DNA from: the human T2T-CHM13v2.0 reference genome, Homo sapiens
Strand: one strand, 5' to 3'
Assembly (NCBI RefSeq): GCF_009914755.1
Contig: NC_060937.1
Length of the DNA stretch: 64,000 nucleotides
Shown here: in pieces, positions 29,810-43,140 of the stretch
Layout of the letters: each line of letters starts with the position of its first letter
Numbering within the stretch: position 1 is the stretch's first letter
The notes under the pieces: model-generated
The model's input: the letters and a program-made list of their open reading frames with translations, nothing else
What the model was told of the DNA's origin: nothing
Database searches by the model: none
Position numbers and translations under genes: made by a program

Positions 29810-30750
29810 GGGCACAGCACCGCAGGTGGCTTTGCCAGTTCTCCCAGCCCCGCGCTGCTCCTGCGCCTGCGCTGAGCCTCCACGTGTCCTCAGGAGACTT
29901 AGCCTAGCCTGGGTATCACCAGCAGTGGGCCAGGCCGCTTTGCCTTCAACTCCCAACAGTAACCTTGCAGAGGTCAGCCTGGGGCCACCAGGAGGAGTTA
30001 GTAAGAGCTTATCCTGTGGGGGCACTCACTGGGGCTGGTGGCCGGGAAATCCCAGGTGTTTTGTTGGTTTGAGTTTTGTTGTGTTTTTATTTTTCTTCCG
30101 CTGAGATCAGGACTGAAGCAGGGACGCAGTGCTCAGCACGCCCAGCCCACCGCGGGCCACTGCGCGGAGAACCTCTGCCAGGGTCGCCTGCTCACGTCCC
30201 CTAATCCGCTCCTGGCGCGCGTTCCTGTCCTCCTCCTGCTGTGACTAGTGTGCATGGAAGGGCACAGTGGTGGCAGAAAGACTTGTGGCGAGATATCAAG
30301 ATCCACAGGAAGTCATAAGAGAAAAAGCATTTTGTTTGAACTCCACCCACTGACCTTTTGTGGGTGAGCTTTCGGTGAAACAGCAACATCCTCAGAAATC
30401 TTAGAGACACGGCTTTGTAACCCGGGGGAGAGACACCGCTTCCAAATATAATTGACGTGGCTTTCCTGCCTTAATTCGGGGTATCCTTTTTCCACCACAT
30501 AATCTTCCCTTTGTCCGCGCTGATTCCTGTTTAGTTTGGCAGGGCCAGCTGCTGGCAGGCTCCCCCAGTGCTGAATGCTCCGCGCTCCACTGTGCTGGGC
30601 CTGCTGAAAAAGCAGACAGCGCTCCCTCTCCCCCAGAATCAGGAGCCAAATGCCACACCGATTGTGCAACTTGTCTCTGGTTACCAGGAAAACGTAAAGA
30701 AATGCCAATGAAGCAGAAAGGTCGACAAAATTCTTTCCAACGCTTGAACA
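29810..30750. promoter_or_regulatory. CpG-enriched putative promoter/enhancer
   Basis: No recognisable repeat; roughly 30 CpGs counted by eye in 30100-30750; NRF1-like TGCGCCTGCGC 29862-29872, CACGTG 29881-29886, GGGAAATCCC 30044-30053, TAATCC 30202-30207, TGACGTGG 30453-30460. Confidence 0.6.
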
Positions 30751-31577
30751 AAAAAGGTATTTTTAGGGCCCTAGATTTATGGAAGTCAATTCTTCCACTC
30801 CTCGCCAGGCTTTCAAACCTCCTATTCTTTGCACTACATTATTTGAATAAACCGTAAATACCCTTAGTTGCTCTAATAGCAACTGCTGGTCCATATTGTG
30901 CAAGGCGGCCATGGTCTGAAGACCTTGTTGAATTTGAAAGACAGAAGTTCCGTTTCTGGCACATAAACTTGAATCAGGGCTATAGTTAAGAGTGCCAGTG
31001 AGGTCCACATTTTGACAGCTAGATAAGCAGGTCATTTATTCAAAAGGACTTTGAATCCATGCCCAGAGTCAAATGCAGTCCTTTGTAAAGCCCAGCAGGC
31101 TTGAAATAAAAACTTCTTAACTGAGTTGATCAGTGTCCTGCATTTTAGGGGTCAGGAAAGTATTTATGATAAGTTGGAAATGGACAGGGCAGGAAATTCT
31201 GGGCCTGGAAGGATGGCTTCCTCACCAGGGACCGCACCACCATATTTTCTAATTTGTGTCTTGAGGGAAAGTTTATATTTTTTGCTGAAAATATTATCTC
31301 CTTGTGACAAAACCACAAGTCTGGGAAGAGAACACAAAAGGAATAAAGAACAAATGAGATCTGTGATGCCTCCTGGATAAAACTTTAAAAACCCATAGGC
31401 ATTGATCAATCCAATTTACTGAATAAATATGTACCAGGTGTTGTGTTAGGTTCTAAGGGGCTAAAATAACTAAGATACTGAACTAAAGTAGAACTATTGG
31501 GCTCCTAATGTGATAGTTTTTCCACTATAGACAGCCCTCTTCTTCCAAGGGTCCCTGCCAGGGCTTCCCCTACCCTA

Positions 31578-31685
31578 AACAGTGCCTTGGTAAAAATTAG
31601 GAAAGTCACCCCTTCCTTAAGACACTTGACTTTCCAACAGTGCCTTGGTAAGAATTAGGCGAGTCCTTAAGACACTTGACTTTCC
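31578..31685 (+). repeat. Tandem duplication (58 bp + 50 bp)
   Basis: AACAGTGCCTTGGTAA.AATTAGG...CCTTAAGACACTTGACTTTCC twice. Confidence 0.9.
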
Positions 31686-33611
31686 TCTGGCAGAAAATTG
31701 CAAAGAAAGTGTGCACAAACCTACAATGTGAATGATGCCTTCCTGTGTGTGTGTGCCTTTGTTTAGGGCACAACCTGACCGGTCTGATCATCAGACACGG
31801 TGATCCACACTCAAGATGGGAAAGAAAGCCAGGGGCACAGCCTCCTGGAAGCCCCTACTCCCTGCCTCATCCACACCTTGTTGCAAAAACCGCACCATCC
31901 TTTAAGACTTCTCCATGAAGCATCACTTCAGGGAGGCTGTTTTCTTTTTCTCTTGTCTATTCCCCTTCTGGGAATATACCCATTCACCCTGGCCATCAGA
32001 CAGCCCTGTATATGTCAACCCAAGGTCTCACTCAAGCTCTCTCTCAAAGGGCTCCTGGGCCCCATGCAAATTTAGAATGGAGTAAATTTGCATTAAACAG
32101 TTTAATGTGTTGCAGAAAATATCAGAGAATGGCAAACTCCTGTGGCCTGGACTTCTCAGAGTACACAAAAGACCGAAGACTGTTCTAACTTCACAGATGT
32201 TCTGTCAAAGGCTCATGTGGCCCCCCAGATAATCTGTTATGCAAGTAAAAACAGTTAATAAGTTGCCTAAAGGCTCGTCTTCCAGTCATTTTTTCCTCTT
32301 TAGATCTGAAAGAACTCTTTTGAGCAACTTCAAAGTTCAAATTGTGGTATTAAGTTTGAGTTGAAATGGGTCCTTTCTCTTTTTCTCAGAATTATACTGA
32401 AATGAATGTGCTCTGCTGCATCCTGGCATGCACTGGAGATGGGGGTTAGGTCAAAAATGAATAGGATGGTTCCTGCCTTCAAGCAGCCAATAGGAATAAA
32501 AATACTTTGCATGTGTAGTTTCCAAATTGTTTTCACATATATCACAACACCCACAGCAGCTTTGAGAGGGAGATGTTATTACATATATTTTATAGGTAAA
32601 GTGGATGAGGCTCAGAAAGGGTGAGTCTAAGCTTACACAGTAGTGAATTGAAGTGACACCCGAAACTCTGCTCTAAATTTTATCTTTCCCCAGGCTGAAG
32701 CTATAGTCCACAGAGCAAAGTAGTGTGATTAGTGTCACCTTAGTAGTGCAAACAAAGTTGTGGGCACAGAATTAGAGGGAGTAGTTTTCCCTGAGGGTGC
32801 AGTAAGGTGGTGTGAGGAATGGGGAAATGGAAGAGAGAAGAGATAGGGTTGCAACTGGTGAGTCCCAGAGGAAGGGCGAATGGCAGCAGGAATGGCCTGG
32901 CTTAGCCAAGCACCCAGAAAGGAGAAAGTCAGGCCTTGGTGAATGTTGAGTGGATAACCAAGCACCATTGGTCTGGAAGCTTGAGGGCTGGTCTGGAGGC
33001 TTGCAGGCTGTCAAACTCTTGAAGGAGTGAGAGAATGAAGGTCCTGACAGGACAGGCTTTGAGCATAAAGTGATTTCAGTGGACGTGGGAGCCACTCGGA
33101 TAGTGACAAGCTCAGATTTGTGTTTGGTGGAGAAATGTTAATTTAGCAGCAGGGTGAGGAAGGGATTATCAGAAGGGGTGGGAAAGGACACAAAAGAACT
33201 TCCAGGTCCTTTTAGGGCTAAAAGTGCAGATGTGAGATCTCAACCCAGGCAGCAACAGTGGGAGCAGAAGGCAGGGGAGAAGCATGAGATTACAAAGAAA
33301 CACACCTCAGCTGTTTTAGGGTGTTCAGATGGGGACTTCTAAGTGCACATGAACATAGTCAGTTGTATTCTTTTCCAGTGGAGGGATCCTAGCTTTCAGA
33401 CATCCCCTTTTGTGGAAGCCAATTAAATGTTTTAAAATTAAAGCAGATTAAAGCAGAGCTGATCTGGCCGAAGAGGGGTGCTTGGATGCCTGGTGCTCCA
33501 GCTTCCTGAGGTAGAGCCCTTGGCAACCAGCTCAGCTTGAAAACCAGAGCTCCAGTGCTCCAGCAGGACCCGAAGGCTGCCTAAATAGACCGTATCTCTA
33601 TGGATACATTC

Positions 33612-33614
<3 letters not shown>

Positions 33615-33652
<38 letters not shown>
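33615..33652. repeat. (GT)19 microsatellite
   Basis: Pure dinucleotide run. Confidence 0.98.
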
Positions 33653-33654
<2 letters not shown>

Positions 33655-33789
33655 CTTGGAAAATTGGAATTAGAGTCTTTCCTACTGTCTGTGATTGATT
33701 GCAGCCAAATATTGCTATGTAAAAGTTTCAGAATTTCAGGATCCAGAAAAGTAACTGGTCCCTTTGAGACCAATGTTGACCCTACTTGC

Positions 33790-34760
33790 ATTTTCAGCCA
33801 GCTGGTGGGCCACAGGTGTTCACTGAGTGTGGATTCTGTGTCCACCCTTCCGCATGTCAGGGGTGCTGCACTGACTGGCAAAGTCTCAGAGCTCAAGGAG
33901 CTTCTGTATTAGTGGGGGACACAGGCAACACATATACGTGAGCAAATAATACTTTTAAACATAATCAAGTGCCATGAAAAAAACAAAACAAAACAGGGTA
34001 ATGTGATTGAGAGCCAAGGAGGCCAGACAATCTGACAAGGTGGTGTTTGACCTGTGATTTTCAAGAAGCAGAGGCTCCCAAGTAGATCTGGGGGACATAC
34101 ATTTCAAACAGCAAGGCCAGCAAGCATCAAGTGCATGAGCCTGGTGCTGGCTCAGTGTGCTAGAGGGTCAAAGACAAGGCTGGGGAGGGGTGAGTGAGTG
34201 CAAGAGGGAAAGAAGATAGGATTCTCGTTAGGCAGGCACCGATCACATGGGGCCTGGCTGGACCAACCAGTAGGATTTCATTCTAAATGTTTTTGGAAAC
34301 TGTCAGGGTCCAGTTGACATGGTAGGGCTCACCCAAGCTGCCAGGTGCATAAGGGACTTTAAAGGACAAGAATAGAAGAAAAGAGGCCAGTTAGGAGAGG
34401 GAGGATACTGACTTGGACAACAATTTAATCAACAAGAGAATAGGGTTAGAGATATATTCTGGAGGTAGAGTCAACAGAACTTACTAATGAATTTAAGTGG
34501 GATGTCAGGGAACAAAAGCAATCCGCAAAAACCCCTGTGTTTTTGCCTGGAGCAATTTAGTGGGTGGTGGTGTCATTTAAAGAGATGGGGGGACTTGAGG
34601 GTGGGAGTCAATTTGGCCTAAGGCAAGGGTTGGGGACTGTGGGCAGAAGCCATGGTTCTGCTTTGGCTCCTAAGTAGCAGAGGTACAGGAGGAGATGCTG
34701 AGTGTGGACAGCTGGTTGCTGATACTCAGAGGAAAACTGGACTGGACATATGGATTTTTA
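33790..34760 (-). mobile_element. L2 LINE fragment
   Basis: CTCAAGGAGCTT...AAGTGCCATGAA...AGATATATTCTGGAGGTAGAGTCAACAGAACTT...TGGTGGTGTCATTT. Confidence 0.65.
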
Positions 34761-35462
34761 AACTTAAAGATCCACAAGCATTATCTTTGAGTGCTTACTA
34801 TGTGCTTGGCACCACTGATTTACATAAAAAGTATTTTCCATTGTTGGAGAAGTGCTTCTCTGCTGAGAACTGGCTCCCAGAATAGCACAGAGCTAAGACA
34901 GAACTGGGTTGTGCCTTGGGCTGGATAGTGAGATGGAACACCCCACCTGTTACCGAGAAGAAACTTTCCAGGGTAACCATCTGGCATCCTCTGCAGCATG
35001 CCAGATCTTTGGCACAAATCTGTCTTTAAAACAACAACACAATTAAGCTTCTGCAAAGCATGGTGCTGTGCAAATCCAGTGTTAGAGATATCATCATGAC
35101 ATCCAGGTTCCTTTCCAATAGCATCGCTCTGCACCCAAAGAAGCCTTTCAGTGTGGTTTGTGTTTAACCTCAGATGGAAATAACTATGTGGGAAAATAAA
35201 TTACTCAAGGGCTCAAAGTACTATTCAGACCAATTAATACTAATTGCGTACCTATAGTATTGCCAAGTGTTTAATTTCTTTGGAATAATGCTTGATGTTG
35301 CCAGTCCTTAAATGAATCAGCTTGATGTTGAGAATGTCATACCATCATTTGTATAATTTGTATTATTTATTTTGTGTTGTATTATTTAACATTTGCTAGT
35401 TCTGTCGAGGAAGCCAGGCAAAGCATATTAAAGACACATTTCTTGACAGAATTAGATTTGCT

Positions 35463-35680
35463 TAAAAAAGAAAAAGGAGGAAAGGAAGGAAGACAGGGAA
35501 AAAGAGAGAGAGAGAGAAGCAAAGAGGAGGGGAGGGAAATGGAGGGGAGAAGGGAGGGAAAAGGAGAGGAGAGGAGAGGGAAAAGGGGAGGGGAATGGGG
35601 AGAAGGGAAGAAGGGAAGGGGAGCAGGGAAGGGAAGAGAAGGGAAAAAATAAAGCAAGAAAGAAAGAAAAGAAGAAAGAC
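35463..35680 (+). repeat. Purine-rich (GA) low-complexity tract
   Basis: About 215 bp almost free of pyrimidines on the + strand. Confidence 0.95.
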
Positions 35681-37619
35681 CCTCTCTAGCACCCTCACGT
35701 AAAGTGAGATCTCTAGGGACAGCAGTGTGCTGGTGGTTTTAGTAGTCAGCAAGAAGCAGATAATAGACAACAAAGACTTTCTGCTCTTCCGCATATTTTC
35801 CATTCTCTGAATGGGAATCTCAGAAATCTAGACTGGAAGAGTTTTGAGAATTATCCATCTATCCTTCTACCCATCCATGTATTCAGTCACTAAGGAGAAA
35901 ATATTTTCAGCCATGGTGGGGACAAGGCATGGGAAAAGTCTATGCCATCCATGGCAAACACTGTCTTAGGCACTTGGGTATTTGTTCATTCTCTTTACGT
36001 ATTTATATTGTGCCTACTACAAGCCATACATGGTTAGGCTCTGAAGATACACTTCAGAAAAAGATAGATATAGCCTCTGCCTTTAAATTTGTTTATGCTG
36101 TAGTAATTAAGTAATTACATGGGTATTAATAAATCACAAAATACATAACTAGAAAAATAGTCTTTATTTTAATTGAATCAGAATCCATAACAAGAGGAAC
36201 TCACATGGGTCTGGGAGAAAGGACAGGTCGGGAAAAGTTTCCTCAAGGAAATAATGTGTCTTTTGAGACCTGAGTGATAAGTAAAATGGACCAGGCAAGG
36301 GGACTTGGGTAGGGAGCGTCCCTAAGGAACTGTGACTCCAGATAATGAGGATAGGGTACATCTGTCAACAGGTGGAACAGCACCCTATGTTATTAGTGCC
36401 ATTAGCGTGGTTTAAAATGGAACTATAAGCGTTGAGTGCTTTTATTCTTAGTTTATCCTCCTTTCCCTGGGTTTTTGTTTTGATTTGGTTTTGATTTTTA
36501 AAAATAATTTAAACTGCCTGGGGGCTGAATCATAATTTGATCACTTAGTTTGTGATCATGGGCTGACTCAATAACACTATAAGGTGGTTGTGATGACTAA
36601 ACGAGTTAATAGTGCCTGGTACCATGTACAGTGTATATTAGGCACTCAATAGGTTTGGTTCCCTCCTCCCATACATAAGCAATCAGTGCTTGTAAACTGC
36701 ACAGCAAAGAGGTGATATCTGAGACTACTTAATAGTTGAAGAGGCATTTGACTTAGCCCTTATATTACTATCAAGGGCACAGGAACAGAATGTTATATTC
36801 AGGAAACATTACACTCACACTGTACTACAATAAATCCTTCTTGTATTTTGAATCTTTTTTACTTTGTCCTGTGCTGCAAAAGAAAATTATCTGCTTTGAA
36901 ATGACTCAAATAATTAGGTTCAGCTCACCCATATCATCATTTTTTCTTTAACCCAACTGATTAGTAACCTGAACTACATCTTCAAAGAACCTTTGAAATG
37001 TTGGATAACATAATCATAGTAGTAACAGCAGGTGGTAGAGATCATGGGGCCATCTTAGAATTCTGCCTATGACCAGAAAGATTTTTTGAGTGTCTACTGA
37101 GGACCAAGCACTGGTATAGGGGCTGGGCTTTACCTCGAAGAGCCCCCATGAAATTCCAGCTTTCACAGAGCTTGTCACCTGGGAAGACAGATAAGACGAT
37201 GCATATGTAAACATAAAATAGAGAGGAATATGTTCTCTCAAGGAATTAAAGCATGATGTTATGATAGAAAATTGGCATAGGTGGTCCTATTTTAGAGCAG
37301 GAGGACCTCTCTGAAATGGAGACATTGGAGTTGCATTTTGAATGATATAAGGAACCATCCTTGCAAAAAGCAAAGATGCAACAGCAAAGTTTCTAAGGCA
37401 GGAGAAAGCGTCACATATGTAAATGATGAACAGAAAAAGGATTAGTGTTGCTGAAGTGAGCATTCTAGTTGTTAATCAAAAATGATAGGATACTCTAAAA
37501 TGACTCTCCCATAAAAGTATTAACTCTCCATTAATGGATTTTACACTTGTTAGACTTTTTTCATTATCAAATTTCAGTAATAGTATGCTAGATCATCCTG
37601 AAAAATCTATCAATCAACT

Positions 37620-37810
37620 CTAACAACAAACATTTATTAAGCAACTTTTATATGTCAGTCATTGAATAAATCAGTGAACAAAACAAAATGTCATGTCCTC
37701 ATGGAACTTGCATTTTAGTGGGAGTGAAACACAAAAGAAAATTTAAAATGGGTAAAATATAAAGTATGTTAGACTGTGAAAAGTGCTAAGGAGAAAAAAT
37801 AATGTTGAGA
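37620..37810 (-). mobile_element. L2 3' fragment
   Basis: AACAAACATTTATTAAGCA...CAGTGAACAAAACAAA..GTCCTCATGGAACTTGCATTTTAGTGGG. Confidence 0.65.
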
Positions 37811-39137
37811 AAAGACTTAACAAATTTCTTCTACCCATCCCTTCAGTAATCCAAATGTGCATACATCCATTCATACATGCCCCATATATCTTACATCGAT
37901 GGCTTGCTTACTATGAGCCAGATATTGAGGATACAAATTAAATAAATTGTGAGACTTCCTCTTCTAGCTATGATACAGTTACTGCTGCCAGATTTGCTCT
38001 CTGGCATATCATAAAACTGGAGAGAAAAAAACTGAATCTTTCCATCATTGAACAGCAGGGGAACTGAGGTAAGGAAACGTCAGATGAGCCCCATATTTGT
38101 CCTAGCTTCTTGTTGGGGGCATGTTTTGAACTGCAGTGCAGGGAGATAGAGCCCAAGCAGTGCACAGTGCTTTTGCTGAGCTGAGAAGGCTAAGATCAGA
38201 CTTCAAGATGACAGAAGCATCTGGAACTCTCAGGGCAGGGTACTGAAAAGGAGGGTTCTGAGGAGAGCTGGGACCATAAGAATCTGTGTGTGTGTGTTTT
38301 GTGGATTCATGGCCAAGGGATATACCGTGCATTCAGAGGAAAAAATTCCATGAGTCCTAAAAGAAAGTGATTGCTTCAGGGCTGAGAGCAGACCATGAAA
38401 TATTAGAAGCCATGTAAAGTTAGAAGACAGATTTCTGGAACAGTCAGTTGACAAGCATCTCTGAAAACCGTGGGCATTTCGTTCAGACCCCAAAAGCACC
38501 ACAACCTATAAGCAAAGACCACACCTCAGATAAGGGACCTAACTTAGAACTAAAGACAAAACTGTACTCAAACAGCCCTAACAAAGAACCAAACCGAGCT
38601 TGACAGAACAGGGAAGATTCCAAGTAGTTTACTTGTTTGCCAGACAAAATAATACTCTCTTTAATAAAAGACACTGCAAACTAGACTGGCTCTGTTCTCT
38701 AGCATACTGTAAAGCTGCAGAAAAAATATGAATTTTTCCATCATTGAACAGCAGGGAAAACTGAGATAAGGAAACATGTTTGAGCCCCATGTTTGTCCTA
38801 GCTTCTTAAGTAAAGTAGTATAATAATTGATTTTACTTTAAATGAACCTAATTAACTTAATTTTAAATTAATAGTTTTTTGATAAGACTACATTATTGTA
38901 ATTCTTAGAACATCCACTAAAAAGATAGCTAGCTGAAAGTATAGGTGTAGATAAAAAGCCAATAGAGAATTTTAAAAGAATACTAAAAATTTTTGATTTT
39001 ACAAAAAAGGTAGTGAAAAAAGGGTAAGAAGAGTAAAAAATAAACAAAATAGATGGGACAAATGTAAAACTAATCAATAAGAAGATAGATTTGAGCCAAA
39101 CCATATCAATAATAATATTAGATGTAAATACGTTAGA

Positions 39138-39426
39138 GGCCGGTTGCAGTGGCTCACACCTGTAATCCAGCACTTTGGGAGGCCGAGGTCGGCCAATCAC
39201 TTTAGGTCAGGAGTTTGAGACAAGCCTGGCCGACATGGTGAAACCTCATCTCTACTAAAAAATAAAAAAATTAGCTGGGCGTGGTGGTGCACAGCTCACC
39301 TACCCAAGAGGATGAAGTGGGAAAATCTCTTGAACTAGGGAGCCGGAGGTTGCAGTGAGCTAAGATCGTGCCACTATACTCCAGCCTGGGCGACAAGAGC
39401 AAAACTCTGTCTCAAAGAAAAAAAAA
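39138..39426 (+). mobile_element. AluS (Sx/Sq-like)
   Basis: Dimer with a small internal deletion and A tail. Confidence 0.9.
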
Positions 39427-39633
39427 GAGTGGGTGGAATATTCTTCATCAAATCCATGACCATAATTGGAGATTTTAACACCCCTCTTTCTGTTATTTAT
39501 ACAACTAATAGACAAATAGACACAAACACAAACAGTAAAGAATACAGCAAATTTGAAAAATGCTATCAACCCACAAGACCTAATTGACATTCAAAAAACA
39601 GTATACCCAACAATGCAGAATATGTATTCTTTT

Positions 39634-39938
39634 TCTTTTTTCTTTTTTTTTTTTTTGAGACAAAGTCTCACTCTGTCGCCCAGGCTGGAGTGCAGTGGCG
39701 CTATCTCAGCTCACTGAAACCTCTTCTTCCCAGGTTCAAGTGATTCTCCTGCCTCCGCCTCCCAAGTAGCAAGGATTACAGGTGCCCGCCACCACACCTG
39801 GCTAATTTTTGTATTTTTAGTAGAGACAGGGTTTCACCTTGTTGGTCAGGCTAGTCTCAAACTCCTGACCTCAGGTGATCCACCCACCTCGGCCTCTGAA
39901 AGTGCTGAGATTACAGGCATGGGCCACCATGCCCGGCC
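39634..39938 (-). mobile_element. AluS (Sx-like)
   Basis: TSD AGAATATG(T/C)ATTCTTTT. Confidence 0.93.
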
Positions 39939-40751
39939 AGAATATGCATTCTTTTCAAGTACACATGCTGCATTCACCAAGATAAACTTTGTCTTAACAC
40001 ATTTCACACACTTAAAATCTTAGAGTAATATTAAATTAAAAATAAATGACAATAAAATATATAAATAATAATACATCTAGAAATAAAAAGAAACAATATA
40101 GAAATAACAGCTATATGTTATATAACATATATAACAGAATATACAAATATTTGTATAGATAAAATATAATAAAAAATTTAATACATAGAAATGCCAAAAA
40201 TAGTTGGATATTTAAAAACACATTATATAAACCTATGGATCAAAGAATAAATCCAAAAGGAAATATTAGAAATCTTAAAACATATTTTGAATTAAGTAAT
40301 AATGAAAACACACAGTATGCTAAAATTTGTGAGATGCAGCTAAAGAAGTGTTTAGAAGAAAAGTTATAATATTAAATGTTTATATTAGAAAAAAGATGTA
40401 AAACCAGTAAGTCCCATCTTAAGAAGTAGAAAAAGAAGAGCAAACTAAACTTAAAGTAGAAGAGTGAAAATTAAAAAAGCATATAAACTGAAGTAGAAAA
40501 TGTGTAAACAATAAAGAAAATTAATAAAGTCAAACAGTTTTTTGAAAATAATAAAATTGGTAAGCACTTAGCAAGAAAAAGTGAAAACAAATTATTAACA
40601 TCAGCAGTAACAGAGGAACTATTGCTGCATATAGAAGAATAGTGAAAATATATTAGAAAAAAGTTTCTTTTAATAAATTTGATAATAGATAAAATTAACA
40701 AACTCTTTGAAAAACTCATCTTAATAAAACACTAAAAAAAATTTAAAAACT

Positions 40752-41458
<707 letters not shown>

Positions 41459-41718
41459 TGCACTTGCAATTTCTGTCAAACCTTATAAAAAACAAAAAGA
41501 AAAAAATCAACCAATTCCACCAAATGTTGTCAGAGCATAGTGGAAGAGGAAATATTTATCAGCTCATTTATGGGGCGAAAATAACCCTATTACCAAAACC
41601 TGACAAAGACATTAGAAATGAAGACCACCATCTGTATGAACATAGACATAAAATCTAACACTTTAATCTAGTAAATCACTCCAGTACCGTGTAAAAAGAA
41701 TAATAAGTTGACCAAATG

Positions 41719-42482
<764 letters not shown>

Positions 42483-42887
42483 ATTGACCAAATGGATTTT
42501 ATCTCAGAAATGCAATCAGTGAGATCGATCAGATAATTTACCACATTTAAAGAATAATATTGCAGAAACATCTTGAAAATGAGATATAAAATGTTTTAAT
42601 GCCATTTTCAATGTCATAACATGCACAAACATTATTTTGAGACCCCAACATAAAACTTAAAACCACAAATTTTGTAGAAAAATAATACAAAATATTTTTC
42701 AACTTTGAAGTGGGTGAAATTTGCCTAGAAAAGACACAAAAAGCCCTAAACATAAAACAATGATAAATTGAACCTCAATAAAGTAAAAAAAAAAAAAAAA
42801 AAAAAAAAAGTCTGCTTCTGAAAAGGCAAGTCACAGACCAGAAGAAAATATTTGTTTTCTGTGTATGTATGTACATACATACAAAAC

Positions 42888-42939
42888 CTTTGTCAGGTTT
42901 TGGTAATAGGGTTATTTTCGCCCCATAAATGAGCTGATA
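42888..42939 (-). repeat. 52-bp exact inverted copy of 41557-41608
   Basis: CTTTGTCAGGTTTTGGTAATAGGGTTATTTTCGCCCCATAAATGAGCTGATA is the exact reverse complement. Confidence 0.95.
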
Positions 42940-43140
42940 TTATTTACAACTACATCTACATATTTAATTTACATCTACATATTTAATTATCTGCATCTAC
43001 CTGTCTATATACTAAAAAGACAACCAAATCAACAAATGAGCTGATATTATTTACATCTACATCTACATATTTAATTTACATCTACGTATTTAATTATCTA
43101 CATCTACCTGTCTATATACTAAAAAGACAACCAAATCAAC
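42927..43140 (+). repeat. 107-bp tandem duplication
   Basis: 42927-43033 vs 43034-43140, 3 mismatches. Confidence 0.95.

Noticed and set aside
29674-30751. Overlapping ORFs in the CpG-rich segment
   Set aside because: Expected in GC-rich DNA with few stop codons; no recognisable domains and many use non-ATG starts.
35374-35803. K/E/G/R-rich and P/F/S/L-rich ORFs
   Set aside because: Artefacts of the GA-rich low-complexity tract.
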